Part shown: piece by piece, positions 25,044 to 33,081 of the stretch | Layout: every line of letters starts with the position of its first letter | Numbering within the stretch: position 1 is the first letter of the stretch | Assembly: GCA_964354675.1 (NCBI GenBank) | Contig: CAYHAT010000001.1 | Location: forward strand, 1 to 33,083 | Origin: an uncultured Actinomycetota bacterium | Lineage (GTDB): Bacteria; Actinomycetota; Geothermincolia; Geothermincolales; RBG-13-55-18 | Length of the DNA stretch: 33,083 bases | Direction of reading: 5' to 3' | The notes under the pieces: generated by a model | Database searches by the model: none | What the model was told of the DNA's origin: nothing | What the model saw: the letters and a program-made list of their open reading frames with translations, nothing else | Position numbers and translations under genes: made by a program

Positions 25044-26705
25044 TCAGATCACGTACTCGTCAAACTTCTGACATGCCACGTAGGCGGTGATCGACGCCAC
25101 CAGGGCCAGCCAAAGGCCCCAGCCCACACCTTTTATGGTGGCAGCAAGATCCACGTCCGCCGCTTTTTCATAACCTACGCCGCCAAAGATCCTCAAACCA
25201 AAAAAGAGCAAGACCAGCAGGAGACAAGAGATGGAGAGGACCTTCATCACTATGACCCAGATGCGGGACTTGCCGACGTCGAGGAATATGAGGGCGTCAG
25301 CCCCCCAGACCAAGGCCGTGAAGACCGCTACTGCTATGCCCTCCGGGAAGGTGATCCCGATAAGGGCGCGAGTGGGATTGAGGTCTTCGCCTATCCAGGG
25401 GAGCATAGCGGAGACGATGAGGGCGATCCCGGCCCCCAAGATCACGGCGCTCCAACGTATGGCGCGTTGCGGGTCGAGCAGATTGGGGAATGCCTCGGGA
25501 GCCGCGGGCGCTGCAGGACGGGGAACCGGCCTGGCAAGCCGCGGGGCCGTAATACCGGCTCCCGCTGCGACCGGCCTGGCCGCCCCGGCATAGGCGGATC
25601 CGCCCGCCCCGCCTGCGGCTTTCGCTTCCAGCTCCTCCCAGCGGACGCGCTTGTCCTCGGGGCTCAGCTTGGCCTCCATGGCATCCCCGGCATCCACCGC
25701 CTTCCCCGGCTCCCCGTGATAGATGCGGGCGATGAGCTCCTCCCACTCCCTGTCCCTGCGGAAGTCGTAACCCTCGGAGGAGTCTTCGGGCTCTACCTCT
25801 CCATCCAGCAGGTCCTTGGCCGCCTCTAACTCGCTCTGCAGCGCCTTCTCCTTGTCGAAGGGCTTTTCCTCTTCCTCGGCGGTGGCCATACCCAGGTCGG
25901 CGCGCACCCGCATGAGGTCTTCCTTGAACTCCTTCATGCTCGGATAACGCCGGTCGGGGATCTTTTGCAGAGCGTGGTGTACGGCGCGCACCAGGTTGGG
26001 AGGTAGATCGTCGCGGTACTCGTCCAGGGGCACGGGTTCTTCGGAGGCCACCTTGAAGATGATGGCGTAGTCGTTTTCGGCGTCGAACGGGCGCTTGCTG
26101 GCTAATATCTCATAGAGGGTGACCCCGAGGGAGAAGATGTCCACCCGGTGGTCGTAGGGCAGACCCTTGACCAGCTCCGGTGCTATATAGTTCGGGGTTC
26201 CCATGATCACGTCAGTGTGGGTGTGGTCGCTGACCTTGAGCATCTTTGCGATACCGAAATCGGCCACCTTGATGTTGCCGTTCTCCAGTACGAAGATGTT
26301 GTCGGGCTTGATGTCCCGGTGAATGATCCCATGGGAATGGGCATAGTAGAGGGCTTCACCGATCATGGGGGCGATACTCATGACCTCCTCGACGGAGAAG
26401 GTCCGCTCTTCCAGGATGTCCCGCAGGGTCTTGCCCTCGAGGTACTCCATGACGATGAACTGACGGTCATCCGAGGTCACGATATCGTGCACGGTTAGGA
26501 TATGGGGATGGGTGAGGCTGGCGGCAGCCTTCGCCTCCAGGCGGAAGCGCTCCCTTACCTCTTCCCTCTCCTCGTCGTCGAGATAGTCCGGGACCGCTAG
26601 TTCCTTCAAGGCGACATCCCTGTCGAGGATGTCGTCGTGGGCCAGGTAAACCCGCCCCATGGCCCCGCGGCCGATCTCCTGTATGACGCGGTATCTCACC
26701 GTCAT
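25044..26705 (-). CDS. Hanks-type Ser/Thr protein kinase with multi-pass C-terminal membrane domain
   Basis: GRGAMGRVYLAHD, VALKEL, HRDIKPDNIF, DFGIAK, GTPNYIAPE. A Pro/Ala linker is followed by several TM helices. There are no PASTA repeats. Confidence 0.93.
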   Translation of the reverse strand: MTVRYRVIQEIGRGAMGRVYLAHDDILDRDVALKELAVPDYLDDEEREEVRERFRLEAKAAASLTHPHILTVHDIVTSDDRQFIVMEYLEGKTLRDILEERTFSVEEVMSIAPMIGEALYYAHSHGIIHRDIKPDNIFVLENGNIKVADFGIAKMLKVSDHTHTDVIMGTPNYIAPELVKGLPYDHRVDIFSLGVTLYEILASKRPFDAENDYAIIFKVASEEPVPLDEYRDDLPPNLVRAVHHALQKIPDRRYPSMKEFKEDLMRVRADLGMATAEEEEKPFDKEKALQSELEAAKDLLDGEVEPEDSSEGYDFRRDREWEELIARIYHGEPGKAVDAGDAMEAKLSPEDKRVRWEELEAKAAGGAGGSAYAGAARPVAAGAGITAPRLARPVPRPAAPAAPEAFPNLLDPQRAIRWSAVILGAGIALIVSAMLPWIGEDLNPTRALIGITFPEGIAVAVFTALVWGADALIFLDVGKSRIWVIVMKVLSISCLLLVLLFFGLRIFGGVGYEKAADVDLAATIKGVGWGLWLALVASITAYVACQKFDEYVI

Positions 26706-26905
26706 AACACCGCACCACCTGGCGTCAAGTGAATAATGCCCTGTTCATCATGGGTTATCGGCCGTTAACGGGGGTAACATAAGACGGAATCGGGAACCTC
26801 CGCTGAGCCGGGGCAACATGAGGATAACGGGCTCCGATATCGAGGCTATGACCAGTTGCACCAGGGCAGTAAGAAGCGCAGTCGAAGCCGGGGGGAGCCC
26901 GGCTC

Positions 26906-27226
26906 TCAATGGCGGAATACGAGCTTCAGCGTGCCGAGGAAGATCTCGTCGCCGTCAGCAAGCACCTTGGGCTCGAAGGCTTCGAGCTTCTCGCCGTTGA
27001 CATGAGTGAAGTTCGTGCTCGAGAGGTCCATGACGTAGTAGCGATCCTCCCCCAGGCGCGTTACCTTGGCATGGCGCCTCGATACACCGTCCTCTACTCC
27101 GCCATAAGGAGTCATGTCTACGTCGGGGAAGGAGTGGCTCGCCGGGTCGATCCTGCCCAGGGTATACTCAGCCTTGTCGTCAAGACTGATCTTCTGTCCT
27201 GTGCCCTCAACCTCCAAAGATGCCAT
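26906..27226 (-). CDS. FHA domain protein
   Basis: YTLGR, VSRRHAKV, YYVMDLSSTNFTHVNGEKL, IFLGTLKLVF. The protein is 106 aa. Confidence 0.9.
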   Translation of the reverse strand: MASLEVEGTGQKISLDDKAEYTLGRIDPASHSFPDVDMTPYGGVEDGVSRRHAKVTRLGEDRYYVMDLSSTNFTHVNGEKLEAFEPKVLADGDEIFLGTLKLVFRH

Positions 27227-27305
27227 ACCTTATTATTACCAGGATTTGCCCCTCCGGTAAAGGCAGACCAAGCCATAACTACATAAGAACTGCGCTTCAA
27301 TAGTC

Positions 27306-27424
27306 TGCATCGCGTAAGCGACAGCGCCGTCCTCGGCGCGACGGTGCCCCAGTGCCTGGGCGAGTTCAACCTAATCTACGATCTCTCGCAACCTTTCATA
27401 ACTTGTCCAGGCCTGGCACGTGTA
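27306..27424 (+). repeat. Three-block intergenic module, family B, copy 2
   Basis: Block 1 at 27306-27328, block 2 at 27338-27348, block 3 at 27409-27424. All are identical to copy 1, but the block 1 to block 2 spacing is much shorter. Confidence 0.7.
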
Positions 27425-27468
27425 CATATCGAAAGAACGCTTCTGCTGCGGTCTTTTACCAGGGTGCT

Positions 27469-27876
27469 TCAATAATGGATCTCCATGGCGCGGGGAGGAC
27501 AGACCTTGATGCACAACTCGCAGGCCACGCATTCCTTGTCGTCGAAACCCACCTCCATGGTGTCGCGCTCCACGTAAAGAGCGGTGGTGGGGCAAACGGC
27601 GAGGCACGCCCCACAGTGTGTGCACTTGGCGTCGTTGCGCCGGATGTCCTGGGACAAGGGCTGGATGGTCACGCCGCAGGACTCGATGTAAGCCATGCCG
27701 TGTTCATAATCCTTTTCCTTCCCCGTGATCTCCAGCACCAATAGCCCCTCCTCGCGCGGGGTGATGGAGGCCTTGAGGATGTTGAAATCCAGGCCGAAGT
27801 CCCGTACCAGCTTGCTCACGATCGGCTTGTCCACCTGCTCGTGGGGGAAATGGAGTACGATCTTGTGCCGCACCAT
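27469..27876 (-). CDS. NIL-domain / 2x[4Fe-4S] ferredoxin protein (partner of the COG1900 homocysteine-synthesis protein)
   Basis: N-terminal NIL-like region (PIVSKLVRDFGLDFNILKASI), then CTHCGACLAVCP and CVACELCIKVCP. The start codon directly abuts the upstream stop (TAGATG). Confidence 0.88.
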   Translation of the reverse strand: MVRHKIVLHFPHEQVDKPIVSKLVRDFGLDFNILKASITPREEGLLVLEITGKEKDYEHGMAYIESCGVTIQPLSQDIRRNDAKCTHCGACLAVCPTTALYVERDTMEVGFDDKECVACELCIKVCPPRAMEIHY

Positions 27877-29052
27877 CTACTCCACCCCCTCTTCCCTCGC
27901 CGCGCAGGGCAGGAGTTCCACCGCTTGGGTCAGGAGGAAGCGGCCTTGCTCTATCCACTCTTTGAGGGCCGCGGCTATCTCCCGGGCACGGCTGTAGCTG
28001 GAGAGCGAGGCGGTCGGTATCTCCTTGCCGTCCAGCTTTATACTACCGCTCTTGAGTTGGGCGTATGTGACCTCGCCCAGTATCTTGCCCGTCCCCTGGG
28101 GATAATCGTTGGAGTAGTCCACAACCGGGGCCACCAGGTCTTCATCCCGCACGGCCGCCGCCTTGACCACGTCCTCGTCCAGGACCGGGATGGGTACTCC
28201 TATGCCGATAGCGAGGCTCGCCCCGTACCCGAGGATAGAATAGCCCGTGAGATAGCGGGGGGTCATCTCCCTCAGGTCCCCGATGACCGACAGGGTCCCG
28301 GCCGGCCGGGTAGGAGACCCTCCGGCGCCGCGGGGGACGTCGGTATTGTGCTGGGTGCCGTACCAGGCCACGTAGCCCACGCCGCCCCCCAGGAAGATAC
28401 GTGTTCCGATGCCGATGGTCCGGAAGAGCGGGTCGTTCAAGAGCGGAGAGAGTTGGCCCGCACTGCAATAGTTTGCGTTCCCAAGGTCGGGCCGGAGCAC
28501 TCCCATATATGTATATATGACCCGGTCCGACAGGTTGACGGCTACGTTGTAGTTCTGGTAGGCGTTGCGCGGGTTGAACAGCCACGCCTCCTTGACGTCG
28601 GCCAGGGTGAGGTCCTTTTCCCAAAGGCGGTTGGGGTAGCAGTCCGTGCCGTAAGATTCGGCCCGCAGGTGCAGCGTCCTCCCCGCCACCAGGTCCTCGA
28701 TGACGTGGCCTCCACCGTAGCGGAACTCGCCCGGGAAGACCTCGTTCAAAGGGTCGTGCTCCGCCATCTCCGTAACCCCGATATAGATGTCCACAGCGGC
28801 TACGCCGCAGTAGACGGGCACGTCATTGAGCCAGGCGCGCGCGATCTTCATGCGCGGCTGGGAGTGTCCCACGTTGATGAAGGCCCCCGAGGAGCACATG
28901 GGGCCGAAAGTGCCGGTGGTGATGACGTCCACTTTGCGTGCCGTCTCGCTGGCGCCCTCCTTATCCACCAGGTCTATGACCTCCTCGGCGGTGACCACAA
29001 CCGCCTCACCCTTCCCTATCCTCTCGTTTATCTCCGCTATGGTCTTGCTCAC
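27877..29052 (-). CDS. Homocysteine biosynthesis protein, COG1900/DUF39 family (aspartate-semialdehyde sulfur-transfer route)
   Basis: GTG start with GGGAGG 8 nt upstream. The sequence matches the family as I remember it (VVTAEEV, TTGTFGPMCSSGAFINVGH, YIGVTE) and is paired with the NIL-ferredoxin gene. Confidence 0.8.
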   Translation of the reverse strand: MSKTIAEINERIGKGEAVVVTAEEVIDLVDKEGASETARKVDVITTGTFGPMCSSGAFINVGHSQPRMKIARAWLNDVPVYCGVAAVDIYIGVTEMAEHDPLNEVFPGEFRYGGGHVIEDLVAGRTLHLRAESYGTDCYPNRLWEKDLTLADVKEAWLFNPRNAYQNYNVAVNLSDRVIYTYMGVLRPDLGNANYCSAGQLSPLLNDPLFRTIGIGTRIFLGGGVGYVAWYGTQHNTDVPRGAGGSPTRPAGTLSVIGDLREMTPRYLTGYSILGYGASLAIGIGVPIPVLDEDVVKAAAVRDEDLVAPVVDYSNDYPQGTGKILGEVTYAQLKSGSIKLDGKEIPTASLSSYSRAREIAAALKEWIEQGRFLLTQAVELLPCAAREEGVE

Positions 29053-29560
29053 TTAATTTACCTCCCTTTTCATCCGATCAACATGTGCCGTAGGGGGAGG
29101 CAGGGCATGACCCATAAGGAGGCCACCACCACCTTCAGATATAACGCTTCGATCTTCTCCATCTGCGTTCTCCCTGACCGTTCTCCATCCCTATCGCACG
29201 CCATGCGACTCGCGGGATAGTCCTTCCTTCCGACTTCTCTCCTCCACCACCGCGGCGGCCCCGGGGATAAGAACACCGCCGGCGAAGGTGCACGGCGGTC
29301 ACAGAACCGTCTCTCCCGCACCGGGTACGGCGCCGCTGCGCGATACCCTCGCCTGTGATCACGGAGGCATCCGTCCTCGCCTACTCGCTCGCGCTTTCAG
29401 CGGGAAGCTCGGGGGCCATCTTCAGCCCGCTTCACGCACCGGTTCTCAACTTCAGCCCGGCTCTCTGTGGCGTTACCAGCGGGCTTAATCCTCCCCTTCA
29501 TCGCCTTTCGCGGTGGATATATCGTTGTCAATAATCCCCAGCATACGGGGGATACGAAAC

Positions 29561-29589
29561 ATGATACTTCCGCGCTATTCCCATGTCAA
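29561..29589 (-). promoter_or_regulatory. Candidate promoter of the homocysteine operon (TTGACA-17 nt-TATCAT)
   Basis: On the minus strand TTGACA is at 29589-29584 and TATCAT at 29566-29561. This implies a roughly 500-nt 5' leader before GTG 29052. Confidence 0.5.
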
Positions 29590-29788
29590 ATAAGCGAATT
29601 GACTCATAAAGAATGTGCTCCAAATGGATTCGTTGCCTCAAAATCAATAAGTACTCGAGGAAAGTCCGGACAATACCGTTCCCCTGGGCAGGATGGCGAA
29701 CGTGCGCAACGCGCTGGCGCAGCGCGTATATAGGGGCATAGGATTCACGAAGCTCTGCGATTACCGCATGGCCCACTTCGCGTGAGCC

Positions 29789-30244
29789 TTATTGGCGGAC
29801 GATGAGGACGGGGCACTTAGCGTGGTGGGCCACCCGGTTGCTCACCGAGCCCAGGAGGAACCCCCCCAGGGCTCCGCGCCCGTGGGATCCCATCACGATC
29901 ATGTCGTAGTCTCCCTCCTCGGCCTCCTGCAATACCTCCGCCGCGGAATTGCCGAAGCGGATCTTGGGCTGCACGTCCAGTCCGGCATCCCTCAGGGGTT
30001 TGGCGCTCTCCGAGAGCATCTCCTCCGCCCGCTTATCCAGTTCCTCCCGCAGCTCCTCGGGCGGCGGCATCAACACCTCGGGGGCGATGAGCCCGTCCGA
30101 CCAGAAGGCGGAGTACACCGGCTCCTCTACCACCGAGAGGAGGGTCACCTTGCACGGGGTATTTTCGAAGAGCCTCGCCGCGAAGGCAATGGCCTTCTCG
30201 GCCGTTTCCGAACCGTCCGTGGGAAGCAGCACCTTTTCCAGCAT
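29789..30244 (-). CDS. Universal stress protein (UspA family)
   Basis: KVLLPTDGSETAEKA and DYDMIVMGSHGRGALGGFLLGSVSNRVAHHAKCPVLIV. ATG 30244 with GGGAGGAG upstream is preferred; the track ORF extends to 30283. Confidence 0.92.
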   Translation of the reverse strand: MLEKVLLPTDGSETAEKAIAFAARLFENTPCKVTLLSVVEEPVYSAFWSDGLIAPEVLMPPPEELREELDKRAEEMLSESAKPLRDAGLDVQPKIRFGNSAAEVLQEAEEGDYDMIVMGSHGRGALGGFLLGSVSNRVAHHAKCPVLIVRQ

Positions 30245-30545
30245 ATCGTTCTCTCCTCCCATATCCCCGAGCAACCTCAGCAATAAGTATTTTTACCCTA
30301 AGGCATCTTTGCTTTCTTTTCAAACCCGCATCGCATTCTTGTTCCGCATCCCATAAACAACAATACGATAACATGCGCGGCCGCGTTCGGATGGGGCGGG
30401 TACTCAGAAGGCCGGCTTGATACCGGCCTTCTTCAGCAAAGGATGATCCTCGAGGGCCAGCGCCTATAACCAGCCTCCTGCTCTTGATGTGTATGGTTCC
30501 AGCGAGCGAGAGAAGTCTCAGATTGAGTCCCGGCATGAGTATACC

Positions 30546-30574
30546 TTGCACAGGCACTATTCCTGTTTTAATAT
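30546..30574 (+). promoter_or_regulatory. Candidate sigma-70-type promoter (TTGCAC-17 nt-TAATAT)
   Basis: TTGCAC at 30546-30551 and TAATAT at 30569-30574, about 40 nt upstream of ATG 30613. Confidence 0.45.
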
Positions 30575-30612
30575 GCTTAAAGGCGACATGAAGTCGGAAA
30601 GGGAGAAAAAGC

Positions 30613-31140
30613 ATGAACTGCTGCGCCGATTGCGAGAATGAGAACGTTGCCTGCGAACCCCGGCCGAATCCGCTGATCATGGCCATGCGCTTCGCCGCCT
30701 TTGTCGCAGGCATCCTGGTCACCTTGGGTGGGATGATCAAGGAGAGGAAGTTCAAACACCTGGCCGCCTGGCTGGCTACCTGGGCCCTGTTCATGACCTG
30801 GCCCCGCTACCTCATCTGCGCCCGCTGCGAGGGCTACGGCAACATGTGTTATTCCTACTACCTGGGCAAGTACACCTCCATGGTCTTCCCCCGCGTAGAG
30901 GGAAAAGATGTGGGTCCTCTGGGTTTCAGCCTTGAGGCCATCTGCCTGTCTTCCATGTTCTGGACGCCCGTGCTGGCAATGCGCAACAACCGCCAGTTGC
31001 TCACGCGCTACCTAATGATCATGCAGTTGGTGCTGGCCGGCCAGTTCTTCCATGCCTGCCGTTATTGCGCGGCCAACTCCACGCAGGAATGGAAGAACAC
31101 CTGTCCTAATTACCGGTTCTGGAAGAAGCTGGGATCTTAA
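30613..31140 (+). CDS. Cys-rich integral membrane protein of unknown function
   Basis: About 4 TM helices. Cys clusters: CCADCENENVAC, CARCEGYGNMC, HACRYC...C. I recognise no family. Confidence 0.7.
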   Translation: MNCCADCENENVACEPRPNPLIMAMRFAAFVAGILVTLGGMIKERKFKHLAAWLATWALFMTWPRYLICARCEGYGNMCYSYYLGKYTSMVFPRVEGKDVGPLGFSLEAICLSSMFWTPVLAMRNNRQLLTRYLMIMQLVLAGQFFHACRYCAANSTQEWKNTCPNYRFWKKLGS

Positions 31141-31149
31141 GGGACGGCA

Positions 31150-32055
31150 GTGATAGCCTACCTGGTAAAGGCGCTTAACGGCCTGTTCGTTGCAGGGGGG
31201 CGCACCTGGGTGATGAACCCCAACGACATCCCCGCAAAGCAGGTTCTCAAGAACGTCCCTTACGTCGACGACGCTCACAGGCTGCAGAGGCTGGATATCA
31301 CCATCCCCTACGCGGAGCCGCCCCTTCCCATCCTCGTCTATATCCACGGCGGCGGCTGGATGAACGGTGACAAGAGCACCTACCGCAGGATCTGCGCCTT
31401 GTACGCGCAGGCCGGTTTCCTGGTCTGCAACATCAACTACCGCCTGACCCCACAATACGATTACACGGCACAGATGCAGGACGTGGCGTCCGCCGTTTAC
31501 TGGGCTTATCGCAACTGCTCCAGGTATGGGGGCGACCCTTCCAGAATATTCCTGGTTGGGGACTCCGCCGGCGCGCACCTGGCCTCATGGTACGCCGCGG
31601 CATCGGGAGATGCGGCGTTGCCAGAAGCCACCGGTATCGGCGATATGATCCCAGCGGGATCGCTCAAGGGTCTCCTCCTCTTCTACGGCGCCTTCGATAT
31701 GGACACCATGGTCGGGACGGGATTCCCTTTCATGAAGACCTTCTATAGGGCTTGCTTCGGGAAGGACGCGGACGCTTGCAGGCTGAGGGCTGGTATTGCG
31801 TCTCCGCTGCGCCACCTCACTGCGGAGTACCCTCCGTCCTTCATGACCTGTGGGGGGAATGACCCCCTGCTGCCTGAGTCCCAAGCCCTCTCCAGGGCAC
31901 TTGATGGGCTGGGCGTACCGCACCGGGACCTCTTCCTGTTCAAGCCGGAATATCCTCACGCCCCCCATGGTTTCCTGAACTTCTACTTCTTCAAGTCCTC
32001 GCGCGTGGCCATGCGCGAATCCATCGCTTTCCTGCAGGAACACGCCGCGCTCTGA
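31150..32055 (+). CDS. Alpha/beta hydrolase fold-3 esterase/lipase (HSL family)
   Basis: Oxyanion motif YIHGGGWMNG, nucleophile elbow GDSAGAHL, C-terminal GGNDPL and PHGF. GTG start 9 nt after the upstream stop. Confidence 0.88.
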   Translation: MIAYLVKALNGLFVAGGRTWVMNPNDIPAKQVLKNVPYVDDAHRLQRLDITIPYAEPPLPILVYIHGGGWMNGDKSTYRRICALYAQAGFLVCNINYRLTPQYDYTAQMQDVASAVYWAYRNCSRYGGDPSRIFLVGDSAGAHLASWYAAASGDAALPEATGIGDMIPAGSLKGLLLFYGAFDMDTMVGTGFPFMKTFYRACFGKDADACRLRAGIASPLRHLTAEYPPSFMTCGGNDPLLPESQALSRALDGLGVPHRDLFLFKPEYPHAPHGFLNFYFFKSSRVAMRESIAFLQEHAAL

Positions 32056-32082
32056 CCCTGCCCTCTTGGATAGAGCGCGAGT

Positions 32083-32114
32083 GCAACTTTTGAGGTCTGA
32101 CCCCAAAGTGTTGC
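32083..32114. repeat. Solo half-copy of the family A hairpin arm
   Basis: GCAACTTTTGAGGTCTGACCCCAAAGTGTTGC closely matches the right arm of copy 1 (17331-17362). It lies between convergent genes and is itself an imperfect palindrome. Confidence 0.65.
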
Positions 32115-32968
32115 TAGGGGATCCTTTCCACGCGGAAGCTGGTGCGCCAGGGGGGAGTGCCGTGGCGCATGTATACTACGCCGCTGCCGCGCAATCCCAG
32201 GCTCTTGGCCTCGCGGTAGACGTAGATTACCGCATCCTTTGCGCGAGCCCCCAGCTCGGCCCCGGCGTTGTGCACATGCATCTCCAGGTTGTGGGAGTCG
32301 AGGCCGGCCAGCCGCCCCACTTTGCGGGCGTCCACGTAGCAGCGCTTCGACTTGAGCATGAGCCAGTCGCCCGCCTCCCGCGCCTGCAGCCTCAGCTCCT
32401 CACCCTCCTCGCCGAGGCATTTGCCCGCCATGTCCACCTCAACCTGGCAGCAGTGCGCGCGGCGGAAGCAGTAGTCACCCACAGTCTCGGCGTTGATATC
32501 CAGGTACCTGGCCTTCAGGCCGGCGAAATTTCCGATGCGTTTTGCCCTCAGGGCCAGCCGCCTGTCCAGCGTACCCTCGGCCTGCATGCCCACGTAATCC
32601 AGGCCGTCCGGGATCTCCAGCTCGCCGCCGCCCAGGTGTGAGAGCGCCTCCACCCCCAGGCTGGTGAGGTAGCCCACCGCTTCGCGCTGCCACTGCATGC
32701 GCAGCTGCAGGTAATCGGAGGAGGCCTCGCGCATCAGCCTCCGCGTCAGCTCCACCACCTCCGCGTCGTCGCGGGCCGGAAGGGCCCGGCGCACGCGGAT
32801 CTTGGTGAGCTTGTCGCGCGAGCGCAGGTTGAGGAAGAAGTCGGACAGGGCAAAGTCGCGGAAACGCCGCCTGCGTGCTTCCTCCTCCTGGCGGTTCGTC
32901 TCGAGGATCTCCTGGAGGGATCCGGAGCTGCCCTTGAAGACCGGCTTTGGGAGCTTCATTCGTATCAC
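32114..32968 (-). CDS. Hypothetical protein, no recognisable family
   Basis: 284-aa ORF with coding-like composition and no competing ORF. GTG start at 32968 or ATG at 32959. I recognise no motifs. Confidence 0.6.
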   Translation of the reverse strand: MIRMKLPKPVFKGSSGSLQEILETNRQEEEARRRRFRDFALSDFFLNLRSRDKLTKIRVRRALPARDDAEVVELTRRLMREASSDYLQLRMQWQREAVGYLTSLGVEALSHLGGGELEIPDGLDYVGMQAEGTLDRRLALRAKRIGNFAGLKARYLDINAETVGDYCFRRAHCCQVEVDMAGKCLGEEGEELRLQAREAGDWLMLKSKRCYVDARKVGRLAGLDSHNLEMHVHNAGAELGARAKDAVIYVYREAKSLGLRGSGVVYMRHGTPPWRTSFRVERIP

Positions 32969-33038
32969 TCTCCAGGTGGACCAACGTCATCGCGAGCTAG
33001 CGATGCGATCTCGTTCGCAGCACGATCAACGTCCGGGT

Positions 33039-33081
33039 GAGATTGCCACGCTCCGCTCACTTCGTTCACTCCACTCGCAAT
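33039..33081 (-). repeat. GC-rich hairpin repeat of the ATTGCGAG...GCAATCTC type (inverted copy, at the window edge)
   Basis: The minus strand reads ATTGCGAGTGGAGTGAACGAAGTGAGCGGAGCGTGGCAATCTC. It shares its termini with 24914-24946. Confidence 0.4.

Noticed and set aside
24900-25829. 309-aa plus-strand ORF overlapping the kinase gene, and similar long shadow ORFs (for example 5184..5879, 6432..7325, 11516..12523, 27841..29220)
   Set aside because: Each overlaps a gene with clear family motifs on the other strand or in another frame. Their translations are Arg/Gly/Pro-rich with no motifs.
29240-29290. Possible SAM-I (S-box) riboswitch start (minus-strand CTTATC at 29271-29266) upstream of the homocysteine operon
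   Set aside because: The following sequence lacks the conserved AGAGNGGC, GGAGGGA, GGCAACC and GGTGC elements and the closing GATAAG.
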